A DNA stretch of 41,656 nucleotides. It comes from Bacilli bacterium (lineage in GTDB: Bacteria; Bacillota_I; Bacilli_A; RFN20; CAG-826). A program made the position numbers and the translations under genes. Where the stretch lies: positions 1 to 41,656 of the forward strand of contig JBAYST010000001.1 of assembly GCA_041676005.1 (NCBI GenBank), given 5' to 3'. The notes under the pieces were generated by a model. That model was not told where the DNA came from. It was given only the letters and a program-made list of their open reading frames with translations, and searched no databases. Below, one piece after another: positions 1 through 7,488 of the stretch (its first letter is position 1; every line of letters begins with the position of its first letter).

Positions 1-254
1 ATTTTTTGAAAGAGATTTCTTTGAATTGGAATATAGTGCCAAGAAATATTGCCATCTTCTCGATCGCTTTTTTTCAAATGTTTAATGTTGCATAAACTTC
101 GAGAAAAAGGTCGAACCGAAATAACATCGACTTTATTGTTAATTGCTAAAGAGCGAATGAGTTTATTGTGAAAATTTTGATTTGAAGGATTGGGTGGTGA
201 AGACCAATGAACAAGATATTCGTTGAAGTCACTGCTATCCATTGCGGTTGTCAT
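1..254 (-). CDS. Probable glycosyltransferase, N-terminal fragment (gene runs off the left edge)
   Basis: Not in the ORF track because it is open at the window edge. Reverse-strand ATG at 254..252 opens MTTAMDSSDFNEYLVHWSSPPNPSNQNFHNKLIRSLAINNKVDVISVRPFSRS... with no stop down to position 1. It begins 15 nt after the stop (269) of the upstream same-strand glycosyltransferase gene. The product guess rests on operon context only. Confidence 0.35.
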   Translation of the reverse strand, partial: MTTAMDSSDFNEYLVHWSSPPNPSNQNFHNKLIRSLAINNKVDVISVRPFSRSLCNIKHLKKSDREDGNISWHYIPIQRNLFQK

Positions 255-268
255 ATAAATTATGTGGC

Positions 269-1360
269 TCATTTTTGTCTCATTTCCTTTAACGCTTCAA
301 TAATACTAGCGCTCATTTTTTCAATGGTATTTTCTCGAGCGATCTCAATAGATTTTTCTCCCATTAACGGCGTTAAACTATCCATTGCTTTAAACACAAG
401 TGCTTCTTCTGAAAGTGGAACAATATATCCGTTTACTCCGTTTTTAACTAGTTTGTGTGAAGAAATAACCTTATCACTAGTGATGATGGCTAAGCCTTGT
501 GACATTGCTTCATTTACAGTATGGCCGTAAATGTCTTCTTTAGATAAAGTGATAAAAGCATCAGCACAGCTCATCACTCTTAAAAGTGACTTTTTATCAA
601 GAAAGTGATGAATGGTGACATTAGTTAAATGATTTTCTTCAATAAACGTTAAATAAGATTGTTTTTCAAGACCATCTCCAATTAAAAGAAGGTGTTCTTT
701 GCGGTTTGCAAAAAGTTTGATTAACGCTAAATTATTTTTCCGGTTGATAAATTGGGCTGGAGAAATATAAAGAAAAGTTTCAGGAAGACCATATTCTTTG
801 CGAATGGTTTTCTTTTCTTCCTCGGCTAACGGTTTAGAAATGATTTGGCTAGCGTAAATAGTGGAATTAGGATAATGATAAATGTCTTCTTTTTTAGCGC
901 CGTAATGAAGTAAATATTCGTCAACTTTTTCACTAGGAGAAAGATAGTAATTCGCATTAGAGATTAGGAATTGTTTAACTTTAAATTTTAACCAATAATC
1001 TTTTTTTACTACTCCTCCATTGACAAATAAACACCATTTAATTTTATGTTTATTGAGATAACGAATAGCCTTCATCTCAGTGATTGTCGAATAACCATTC
1101 ATCACGATCAAATCATAATCTTGATGATGCTTTTTAAGGTGTTTCACCAGCTCATTAGAGTTACTGTTTTCTTCTCCAAAAGTTCCGCGTTTCAAAAATC
1201 GATAAGTAAATTTATATTTTTTATCAGCATAAAATGTTGCGGTGCGGTTTCGGCATGCTTGTCGTTCAAAAACCACCTCCATATCGATTTTCTTCGCTAA
1301 CTCATTGAAAAGATCGACCTTATAAGGGGCGGGGTGATTGAAAACAATCAAAATTTTCAT
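269..1360 (-). CDS. Glycosyltransferase, GT-B fold (Glycos_transf_1 / GT4-like)
   Basis: N-terminus MKILIVFNHPAPYK and C-terminal block GHTVNEAMSQGLAIITSD...VKNGVNGYIV are typical of this family. The track ORF starts at GTG 1375. I prefer ATG 1360 (MKILIV...), which lies exactly 6 nt downstream of TATAAT (1372..1367). Confidence 0.8.
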   Translation of the reverse strand: MKILIVFNHPAPYKVDLFNELAKKIDMEVVFERQACRNRTATFYADKKYKFTYRFLKRGTFGEENSNSNELVKHLKKHHQDYDLIVMNGYSTITEMKAIRYLNKHKIKWCLFVNGGVVKKDYWLKFKVKQFLISNANYYLSPSEKVDEYLLHYGAKKEDIYHYPNSTIYASQIISKPLAEEEKKTIRKEYGLPETFLYISPAQFINRKNNLALIKLFANRKEHLLLIGDGLEKQSYLTFIEENHLTNVTIHHFLDKKSLLRVMSCADAFITLSKEDIYGHTVNEAMSQGLAIITSDKVISSHKLVKNGVNGYIVPLSEEALVFKAMDSLTPLMGEKSIEIARENTIEKMSASIIEALKEMRQK

Positions 1361-1366
1361 ATTACC

Positions 1367-1372
1367 ATTATA
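1367..1372 (-). promoter_or_regulatory. -10 box TATAAT, 6 nt upstream of ATG 1360 (candidate leaderless promoter)
   Basis: Reverse strand reads gtgTATAATggtaatATG. No purine-rich SD lies between the hexamer and the start codon. Confidence 0.4.
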
Positions 1373-1403
1373 CACTTTTAGCCTTTATGTAAAAATGGTG
1401 CAG

Positions 1404-1412
1404 TGATAGTAT
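1404..1412 (+). promoter_or_regulatory. Extended -10 TGaTAGTAT, 6 nt upstream of ung ATG (candidate leaderless promoter)
   Basis: cagTGaTAGTATaaaaacATG. No SD is present. The site is divergent from the GT promoter within a 58-bp intergenic region. Confidence 0.35.
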
Positions 1413-1418
1413 AAAAAC

Positions 1419-2102
1419 ATGAAAGAAAAAATGAAGACTTGGGAAGATTTTTTTGAATCTCTAAAAGAAAAAGAATACGCAAAAAAGTTGCATGATTTTT
1501 TGTTGTTAGAATATAAAGAACATATCTGTTATCCTCCAAAAGAGAGAATTTTTTATGCCTTTAAAAAAACTCCGCTCAGTGCGGTTAAAGTAGTTATTAT
1601 CGGTCAAGACCCATATCACGAACCCAATCAAGCAATGGGATTGGCTTTTTCAGTTCCAAATGAAACAACAATTCCTCCATCCCTTCTTAATATTTATAAA
1701 GAACTCGCTCTAGAATACGATTGCGAGATCCCCAAAAGTGGAGATTTAACACATTTAGCGGCGCAAGGTGTCTTGTTGTTAAACGCCTCTTTAACGGTTC
1801 GGAAAAGCGAACCACTTTCTCATAATATCCCCGAATATAAAACCTTGTTAAAAGATATTTTTTCTTTACTCAATGAAATCAATCGTCCAATCGTGTTTCT
1901 TTTATGGGGTGCAAACGCTCAGAAATTAAAAGCTCATCTATCCAATAAAAATCATTTAATTTTAGAAGCCGTTCACCCATCGCCATTATCTGCTAATCGG
2001 GGTGGATGGTTTGGGAACGATCACTTTAAGAAAACTAATGAATTTTTAAAGAAGAATGGATTGAAAGAAATCTCATGGCTTTCTAATAGTAATTGTTTTT
2101 AA
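1419..2102 (+). CDS. ung: Uracil-DNA glycosylase, family 1
   Basis: Catalytic water-activating motif GQDPYH (VIIGQDPYHEPNQAMGLAFSV) and the C-terminal HPSPLS loop (AVHPSPLSANRGGWFG). Length of 227 aa fits. Confidence 0.93.
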   Translation: MKEKMKTWEDFFESLKEKEYAKKLHDFLLLEYKEHICYPPKERIFYAFKKTPLSAVKVVIIGQDPYHEPNQAMGLAFSVPNETTIPPSLLNIYKELALEYDCEIPKSGDLTHLAAQGVLLLNASLTVRKSEPLSHNIPEYKTLLKDIFSLLNEINRPIVFLLWGANAQKLKAHLSNKNHLILEAVHPSPLSANRGGWFGNDHFKKTNEFLKKNGLKEISWLSNSNCF

Positions 2103-2120
2103 AATCTTTTATAATGTTTG

Positions 2121-2207
2121 TACGGGAGCTGAGCTTACTCGGCTGAGAGGAATGCTGTTACGCATTCGACCGGACCTGATCCAGATAATGCTGGCGGAGG
2201 GAATCTT
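2121..2207 (+). promoter_or_regulatory. TPP (THI-box) riboswitch aptamer
   Basis: tacGGGAGC...GCTGAGAGg...GACCggACCTGATCCAGATAATGCTGGCGGAGGGAAtc matches the conserved CUGAGA, ACCUGAU, GGAUAAUGCC/GCG and AGGGAA blocks of the TPP riboswitch. It lies directly upstream of a ThiT-like transporter gene. Confidence 0.88.
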
Positions 2208-2214
2208 TTTATTT

Positions 2215-2240
2215 CCTCCATTCAGGTATGGAGGTTTTTT
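2215..2240 (+). terminator. Riboswitch expression platform: hairpin CCTCCAT/ATGGAGG plus T6 that buries the thiT SD
   Basis: A 7-bp stem (2215..2221 with 2228..2234), a 6-nt loop, then TTTTTT, then ATG 2241. The 3' arm is the GGAGG SD. CCTCC could alternatively pair with GGAGG at 2197..2201 at the aptamer 3' end. Confidence 0.6.
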
Positions 2241-3203
2241 ATGAAAAAAAATTGGAAGTTTTTCGTTGCTATTACTACCAGTGTTTTACTATTTGTCGGG
2301 TTGTTATTTTTACCTTATGTCAGCGTTGAAGGAAGTTCAAAAAACACTGTAGAAATCTTATTTAATGAAGTTTTTACGTGGATTTCATTTTTTATTTATA
2401 TTCCATTTGTTCTTTTGATTTTGGGAGTTACCTCAATCTTTTTAAGAAATAAAGTTAAGCACATTGCAACAATCGCAATGGTCGTTTTGTTGATTGCGGG
2501 TTTCCTATTTATTTTTAGTCCGTCATTTATTTCCATAAACTTTGCGCTCGCTAATGAAGACGTTACTTTACATGCCGGAGCGATTATATATGGAATTATC
2601 AGCTTTATTTTGACTCTGATCGCAAATGCTGTAGTCCTTGATACAAACAGATTTTCAGTCCGGGATATTGTTGAGGGTGCGATGCTGGTTTCTATCGCCA
2701 TAGTCTTGGATTTAGGTTTTTTCAAATTTAAAATTGTCCCTAGCGGAGGATCGATTTCTTTATCGATGTTTCCTCTTTTTATCATCGCGTTAAGACAAGG
2801 CCCTATCAAAGGCTTTATCATGAGCGGAGTTGTCTATGGTTTCCTTACATGTTTGCTGGACGGTTATGGTTTTGCAACTTTCCCCTTTGATTACCTTTTA
2901 GGTTTTGGTTCAATCGCTCTTCTTGGAGTGTTTAAAAAATACATTTTTACCGATGGAAAAGTCGGTTATAGCGTAAAAGGAATTATTTTTCTTATTTTAG
3001 GGGTTTTGCTAGCCGGAGTTGGACGAACACTTTCATCAACAATATCTGGAATGTTGTTTTATGAAGTTGGTTTTGTGGATTCGCTCGTCTACCAGCTCGT
3101 TTATATTCCTGCATCAATTGGATTGTGTCTCATAGCTTTAATCGGCCTATATATTCCGCTACAAAGAATAAATAAAAAGTACCCGTTAAACAATAATCTT
3201 TAA
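2241..3203 (+). CDS. thiT: Thiamine transporter ThiT (ECF S-component) with about 135-aa N-terminal 4-TM extension
   Basis: The C-terminal about 185 aa (VRDIVEGAMLVSIAIVLDLG...GGSISLSMFPLFIIALRQGPIKGFIMSGVVYGFL) resembles ThiT/YuaJ. A TPP riboswitch lies immediately upstream. The first about 135 aa add four hydrophobic helices. Confidence 0.75.
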   Translation: MKKNWKFFVAITTSVLLFVGLLFLPYVSVEGSSKNTVEILFNEVFTWISFFIYIPFVLLILGVTSIFLRNKVKHIATIAMVVLLIAGFLFIFSPSFISINFALANEDVTLHAGAIIYGIISFILTLIANAVVLDTNRFSVRDIVEGAMLVSIAIVLDLGFFKFKIVPSGGSISLSMFPLFIIALRQGPIKGFIMSGVVYGFLTCLLDGYGFATFPFDYLLGFGSIALLGVFKKYIFTDGKVGYSVKGIIFLILGVLLAGVGRTLSSTISGMLFYEVGFVDSLVYQLVYIPASIGLCLIALIGLYIPLQRINKKYPLNNNL

Positions 3204-3249
3204 AAAATGGTTTAAATACTTTAATATTTAAAGATGGAGATAAATAAAA

Positions 3250-4263
3250 ATGAAAGATAATAAAAAAACAAAATCTGGCAAAAGCGTCGAAGAAGTTAAA
3301 AAAGAGTTAGTGCCAGAAGTTAAGGTTGAAGTCGAAGAAACCGTTGTCGATTCTCCTTCTGTTGAAGAAGTAAAAACCCCGTTTTATACCGAGGTTGAAA
3401 ACGCGAGATTAAAACTTCACCAAAAATATAAGAAAAATAAATTGATGTCGTCAATCGTCACAATTATTGTGGTCGCTTTGGTGGTACTCGCTTTCTTTTT
3501 GATGGCGAATGAAGGAGAAGCATTTAAATATGCTGGTTATGCGGTCGCTGGAGTCACTCTACTTGGAATGGTCATCTATTACATAATCAATAAAAATAGA
3601 TTCCCAGATGAAACTAAAAAATATATCAGTTTTATCCATGTTCAATTCAATAGTTTTGTGTTTGAAGACAAAAAATATGAAAAAATAGAAATGGAACCAA
3701 GAGACAAAATTGATACTGGAGAAATTGCAGTCGATCGAATTTATAAAGACATTTCTCAAACCGGTAGTCGCAACGTCATTCGTGGAACATATGATAAAAA
3801 CACATTCGTTTCCTCGGATTTAGCGGTTTATACACGAAAAGATAAAAAGCAAGATGTCGCTTGTTTTGTCGGCAAATATCTTTCGATTCCAAATAATATT
3901 ACGTTCAGCGGAAGAATTATTATCACTCTTAAGGGTGAAAAACCAATGGATTTACCGACCGATCTCGAAGATTTAGAAAATGTAATTGATGAAGAAAAAC
4001 TGATTATTCACGCTCCTAAAGATGTCGATTATAAAACAATTGTCGGTGAAAAATTCCTCAAAAATCTAAAGAAAATTGAAATTAAAGATTTCTTGATTAA
4101 CATCAATATCGTCATCTGGGGTGGTCATACTGCGGTTTATTTAAGTTACACTGACGAACTCATGACTGTTCCATTTGAAAATCCGTTTAATGAGTTGCCA
4201 CTTACGCAATTTAAAGACAACCAACTTCAACTGATCAAACTCGTCAATCAACTTGGGAAATAA
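3250..4263 (+). CDS. Hypothetical membrane-anchored protein (charged N-tail, 2 TM, about 220-aa soluble domain; possibly DUF3137-like)
   Basis: 337-aa ORF with GGAG 10 nt upstream. No terminator separates it from thiT, and a strong terminator follows it. The family guess is by eye only. Confidence 0.65.
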   Translation: MKDNKKTKSGKSVEEVKKELVPEVKVEVEETVVDSPSVEEVKTPFYTEVENARLKLHQKYKKNKLMSSIVTIIVVALVVLAFFLMANEGEAFKYAGYAVAGVTLLGMVIYYIINKNRFPDETKKYISFIHVQFNSFVFEDKKYEKIEMEPRDKIDTGEIAVDRIYKDISQTGSRNVIRGTYDKNTFVSSDLAVYTRKDKKQDVACFVGKYLSIPNNITFSGRIIITLKGEKPMDLPTDLEDLENVIDEEKLIIHAPKDVDYKTIVGEKFLKNLKKIEIKDFLININIVIWGGHTAVYLSYTDELMTVPFENPFNELPLTQFKDNQLQLIKLVNQLGK

Positions 4264-4287
4264 TTATATTTTCTCTCGCGCAATGAT

Positions 4288-4313
4288 AAACCCAGTTTAT
4301 TCTGGGTTTTTTT
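4288..4313 (+). terminator. Rho-independent terminator
   Basis: AAACCCAG tttatt CTGGGTTT followed by TTTT. Confidence 0.8.
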
Positions 4314-4382
4314 GCGCTATAATGGAGGCGAGCTTTTTTGCTGTTGCATCAGATCTTAATTGGTGCCGGGAGGTAACTCCTT

Positions 4383-4907
4383 ATGAGTTATATTGGACGT
4401 TGGATTCAAATCCAAAGTTATAAACATGATGGACGCTTACATCGACAATGGGACCGAGGTCTAGTTTTAGAAGACGACGATGATTTTATTGTCATCGCCT
4501 CGAAACGGGCTAAAGTCATTGAAGCAAATGGACGGAGATGGTTTACTAAAGAACCTGCAGTTAGCGTTTTTTCAAAAAAGAACTGGTTCAATGTTATTTG
4601 CATGTTAAAAAAAGAAGGAATTATTTATTACTGCAATATCGCATCGCCTTCTTTGATTGACGACAACAAAATCAAATACATCGATTATGATTTAGATGTC
4701 AAATTAATGGAGGACAACACGATCCGTTTTCTTGATGAAAAAGAATATCAAATCCATCGCAAATTTTATAGTTATAGCGATAAACTCAATGAGATTTTAA
4801 AATTTCAAGTCGAGGAAATCGAACAAATGATGACAAAACGAGAATTTCCGTTCATAGATCAAGAAATCCTCGATTACTATGATGATTTTTTAATGATGTT
4901 AAAATAG
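4383..4907 (+). CDS. DUF402 / UPF0374 nucleoside tri/diphosphate phosphatase (YgaC/Ntdp-like)
   Basis: IQSYKHDGRLHRQW...EPAVSVFSKKNWFNVICML...IYYCNIASP...KYIDYDLDVK matches the Firmicute UPF0374 family closely. SD GGGAGG lies 9 nt upstream. Confidence 0.85.
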   Translation: MSYIGRWIQIQSYKHDGRLHRQWDRGLVLEDDDDFIVIASKRAKVIEANGRRWFTKEPAVSVFSKKNWFNVICMLKKEGIIYYCNIASPSLIDDNKIKYIDYDLDVKLMEDNTIRFLDEKEYQIHRKFYSYSDKLNEILKFQVEEIEQMMTKREFPFIDQEILDYYDDFLMMLK

Positions 4908-4915
4908 GAATATTT

Positions 4916-5380
4916 ATGAAACTTGTTATACTAACAAAATCAAAAGAAGAAACGATGAAACTCGGTGAAAAACTTGCTCAGGGTCTGTTTCTTAAAGCAG
5001 TTATCACTCTTTCTGGTGATTTAGGAGCGGGGAAAACAACCTTAGTGGCGGGAGTTGCTAAAGGTTTAAAAATTGAAGAAATCGTCACATCTCCAACTTT
5101 TAATATTTTGAAATGTTATTTTCATAAGCCGCTTTCTTTATTCCATATTGATGCTTATCGGCTTGATGGAGTGAATAAAGATATCGGTCTAGAAGAATTC
5201 ATCGATGGAGATGGAGTGACGATGATTGAATGGCCTAACTACATCGAAGAAATGATTCCTCTAGATTTTTTAGAAGTGATTATCCGAAACCTCGGAAACG
5301 ATAAACGAGAATTGACTTTTATTTCTCACGGAGTAAAACACGACCAGCTTTTATCTTTTTTAGGAGAAAATAAAATATGA
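4916..5380 (+). CDS. tsaE: tRNA t6A37 biosynthesis ATPase TsaE
   Basis: GDLGAGKTT P-loop followed by SPTFNILKCY. ATGA overlap with tsaB. Confidence 0.9.
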   Translation: MKLVILTKSKEETMKLGEKLAQGLFLKAVITLSGDLGAGKTTLVAGVAKGLKIEEIVTSPTFNILKCYFHKPLSLFHIDAYRLDGVNKDIGLEEFIDGDGVTMIEWPNYIEEMIPLDFLEVIIRNLGNDKRELTFISHGVKHDQLLSFLGENKI

Positions 5381-5961
5381 TTACTATCTTATTAGATTCT
5401 TCTAATCGCTATCTCTCAGTAGGAATCGCAAAGGGTGAGAAATTGATCGATCAAACATCTTATGAAGCTTGGCAAAGACAATCGGAAATGATGATTCCAG
5501 AATTGGATAAACTTCTTAAAAAACATCATTTTACAAAAGATGATATCGGAGATGTAATCGTCGCCATCGGGCCTGGTTCATATACTGGTGTCAGGATCGC
5601 TTTAACGATTGCAAAAGTGATTGTTTTAGCCTTGAATGTTCCTCTTTATGGCGTTTCTTCTTTGCATGCGATGAAACTGCAAAACAAGCCGACTATTGCT
5701 TTGATAAACGCAAGGAGCAACCGATCTTATATCGGCGTTTTTGAAAATGAAAAAGTTATCCTTAAAGATCAAATTATGAAAAACGAAGATGTTCTTGAAT
5801 ACATTAAAAAACATCCTGAATATGAAATCACTGGCGAGACCGAATATTTAGAAATACCTGCAAAACAAGTAAATGTTTTAGAAGAAATGCTGTTTTTAAA
5901 GAGTTTTTTAAAGCCTTGTGAAAATTCTTTAGCGATAAAACCGGTTTATTTAAAGGATTAA
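5377..5961 (+). CDS. tsaB: tRNA t6A37 biosynthesis protein TsaB (YeaZ)
   Basis: GPGSYTGVRIALTIAK motif, placed between tsaE and rimI/tsaD. Confidence 0.88.
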   Translation: MITILLDSSNRYLSVGIAKGEKLIDQTSYEAWQRQSEMMIPELDKLLKKHHFTKDDIGDVIVAIGPGSYTGVRIALTIAKVIVLALNVPLYGVSSLHAMKLQNKPTIALINARSNRSYIGVFENEKVILKDQIMKNEDVLEYIKKHPEYEITGETEYLEIPAKQVNVLEEMLFLKSFLKPCENSLAIKPVYLKD

Positions 5962-5965
5962 AACG

Positions 5966-6424
5966 ATGAATAAAGACGCAAAATTTTCAATTCGAAAAAT
6001 GGAAATAGACGATCTCAGTGAAGTCGTTTTCCTTGAGCAAGAATCAATTGTTGCTGCATGGAATAAAGAACAACTTCAATTCGAATTATTAGAAAATCCG
6101 TTTGCGCTTTTTAAAGTTGCAGTTGCTGAAACTGGCACCATTATTGGCTTTATTATTTATTGGATTACCTTTGATTCGGCGACTATTGCACAAATCGTTG
6201 TAAAAGACGAATACCGTCGCCAAGGAATTGCAACAGCACTCCTTAAAACAATGATTCAAGATTGTTTAGATAAACATGTGCGCTTAATCACTTTAGAAGT
6301 GAGAGTCTCTAATGAAGCGGCAATTAAATTATATGAAGAAAATGGGTTTAAAAAAGAAAGAACTAAAGAAAATTATTACCCAGATGGGGAAGATGCTTTT
6401 TATATGATGCGGGAGGTTTATTGA
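5966..6424 (+). CDS. rimI: Ribosomal-protein-alanine N-acetyltransferase (GNAT)
   Basis: GNAT acetyl-CoA motif RRQGIATALL. Canonical tsaEB-rimI-tsaD operon position. Confidence 0.8.
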   Translation: MNKDAKFSIRKMEIDDLSEVVFLEQESIVAAWNKEQLQFELLENPFALFKVAVAETGTIIGFIIYWITFDSATIAQIVVKDEYRRQGIATALLKTMIQDCLDKHVRLITLEVRVSNEAAIKLYEENGFKKERTKENYYPDGEDAFYMMREVY

Positions 6425-7437
6425 TGTCGAAGATAATTTTAGCAATTGAATCTAGTTGCGATGAAACCGCATGTGCAATTATCAAAGATGAGAAATTATT
6501 GTCTAACGCCGTTTCAACTCAAATTGAAATGCACGTTAAATATGGTGGAGTGATGCCAGAAATCGCTTCACGTCTTCATGCTGAAAATATAACGATTGTC
6601 ATCAAAGAAGCCTTAGAAAAAGCTAATTTGAAATTAGAAGAAATCGATGCTTTTGCTGTCACTCGTGGACCTGGATTAATCGGCGCTCTTCATGTCGGTT
6701 TGCAAGCTGCTAAAACATTGGCAATGCTCTATGATAAACCACTTATTCCTGTTCACCATTTAGCCGGACATATCTATGGTAATGAATTTGTCGGCGAATT
6801 GAAGTTTCCACTTCTAGCTGTTGTGGTCAGTGGAGGAAACACCGAACTAGTTTATATGGAAAAAGAATTGGATTTTAAAATCATTGGGCGAACCAAAGAT
6901 GACGCTGTCGGTGAATGCTTTGATAAAGTTGCTCGTGTTTTAGGTCTTCCTTATCCGGGAGGAGTTCCGATTGACCGTCTGGCAAAAGAAGGGGAACACA
7001 CTTATAATCTACCATCTCCACTTCGTGATAAAACGTATGATTTTTCTTATAGTGGTCTTAAGACCAATGTTATCAACCTCGTTCGTAAAATTGAACAAAA
7101 TGGAGAAGAGGTAGATGTGAAAAATATGTGTCGTTCATTCCAAGATGTTGCGATTGGAATGATCGTTGAAAAATCGATTCGAGCTGCGAAGGATTTTAAC
7201 GTCAAACAAGTAGTTTTAGCAGGAGGTGTCTCGGCCAATTTTTACCTTCGCGAACAAATGAAAATCGAGGTTGCTAAATTAGGAATCGAAATCATCATTC
7301 CACCGATGTGGTGTTGTACCGATAATGCGGCAATGATTGCAAAAGTCGGTTCTCGCCTGTATGATCGAAAGATTTTCGCACCCCTAGATTTAGCGGTTGA
7401 TCCAAACTGGGAAATTGAAGACTACGCCAAATTTTGA
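6424..7437 (+). CDS. tsaD: tRNA N6-adenosine threonylcarbamoyltransferase TsaD
   Basis: IESSCDET, VHHLAGHIYG and VVSGGNTE motifs. The track start is TTG 6421. ATG 6424 is 7 nt after GGGAGG, so I prefer it. Confidence 0.93.
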   Translation: MSKIILAIESSCDETACAIIKDEKLLSNAVSTQIEMHVKYGGVMPEIASRLHAENITIVIKEALEKANLKLEEIDAFAVTRGPGLIGALHVGLQAAKTLAMLYDKPLIPVHHLAGHIYGNEFVGELKFPLLAVVVSGGNTELVYMEKELDFKIIGRTKDDAVGECFDKVARVLGLPYPGGVPIDRLAKEGEHTYNLPSPLRDKTYDFSYSGLKTNVINLVRKIEQNGEEVDVKNMCRSFQDVAIGMIVEKSIRAAKDFNVKQVVLAGGVSANFYLREQMKIEVAKLGIEIIIPPMWCCTDNAAMIAKVGSRLYDRKIFAPLDLAVDPNWEIEDYAKF

Positions 7438-7488
7438 AATCAAATGGATTTCATTTGTGTATAATGATTACATGTGAGGAAAAAAGTT

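Noticed and set aside
207-530. 107-aa + strand ORF. The same applies to 1046..1300, 2396..2821, 3559..3759, 4418..4603, 5626..5814, 7047..7238, 7754..7945, 8193..8375, 14411..14683, 16673..16927, 18261..18542, 25654..26103, 32906..33187, 35168..35470, 38592..38840 and other track ORFs nested in larger genes.
   Set aside because: All lie antisense to or out of frame within long ORFs that have clear family motifs. Their translations are low-complexity or hydrophobic artefacts of AT-rich antisense sequence, and they have no SD.
7438-7488. Possible T-box leader upstream of asnS; GTG 7474 start
   Set aside because: Only about 50 nt lie between tsaD and asnS, far too short for a T-box. GTG 7474 is itself part of the likely SD (GTGAGGA) for ATG 7489.
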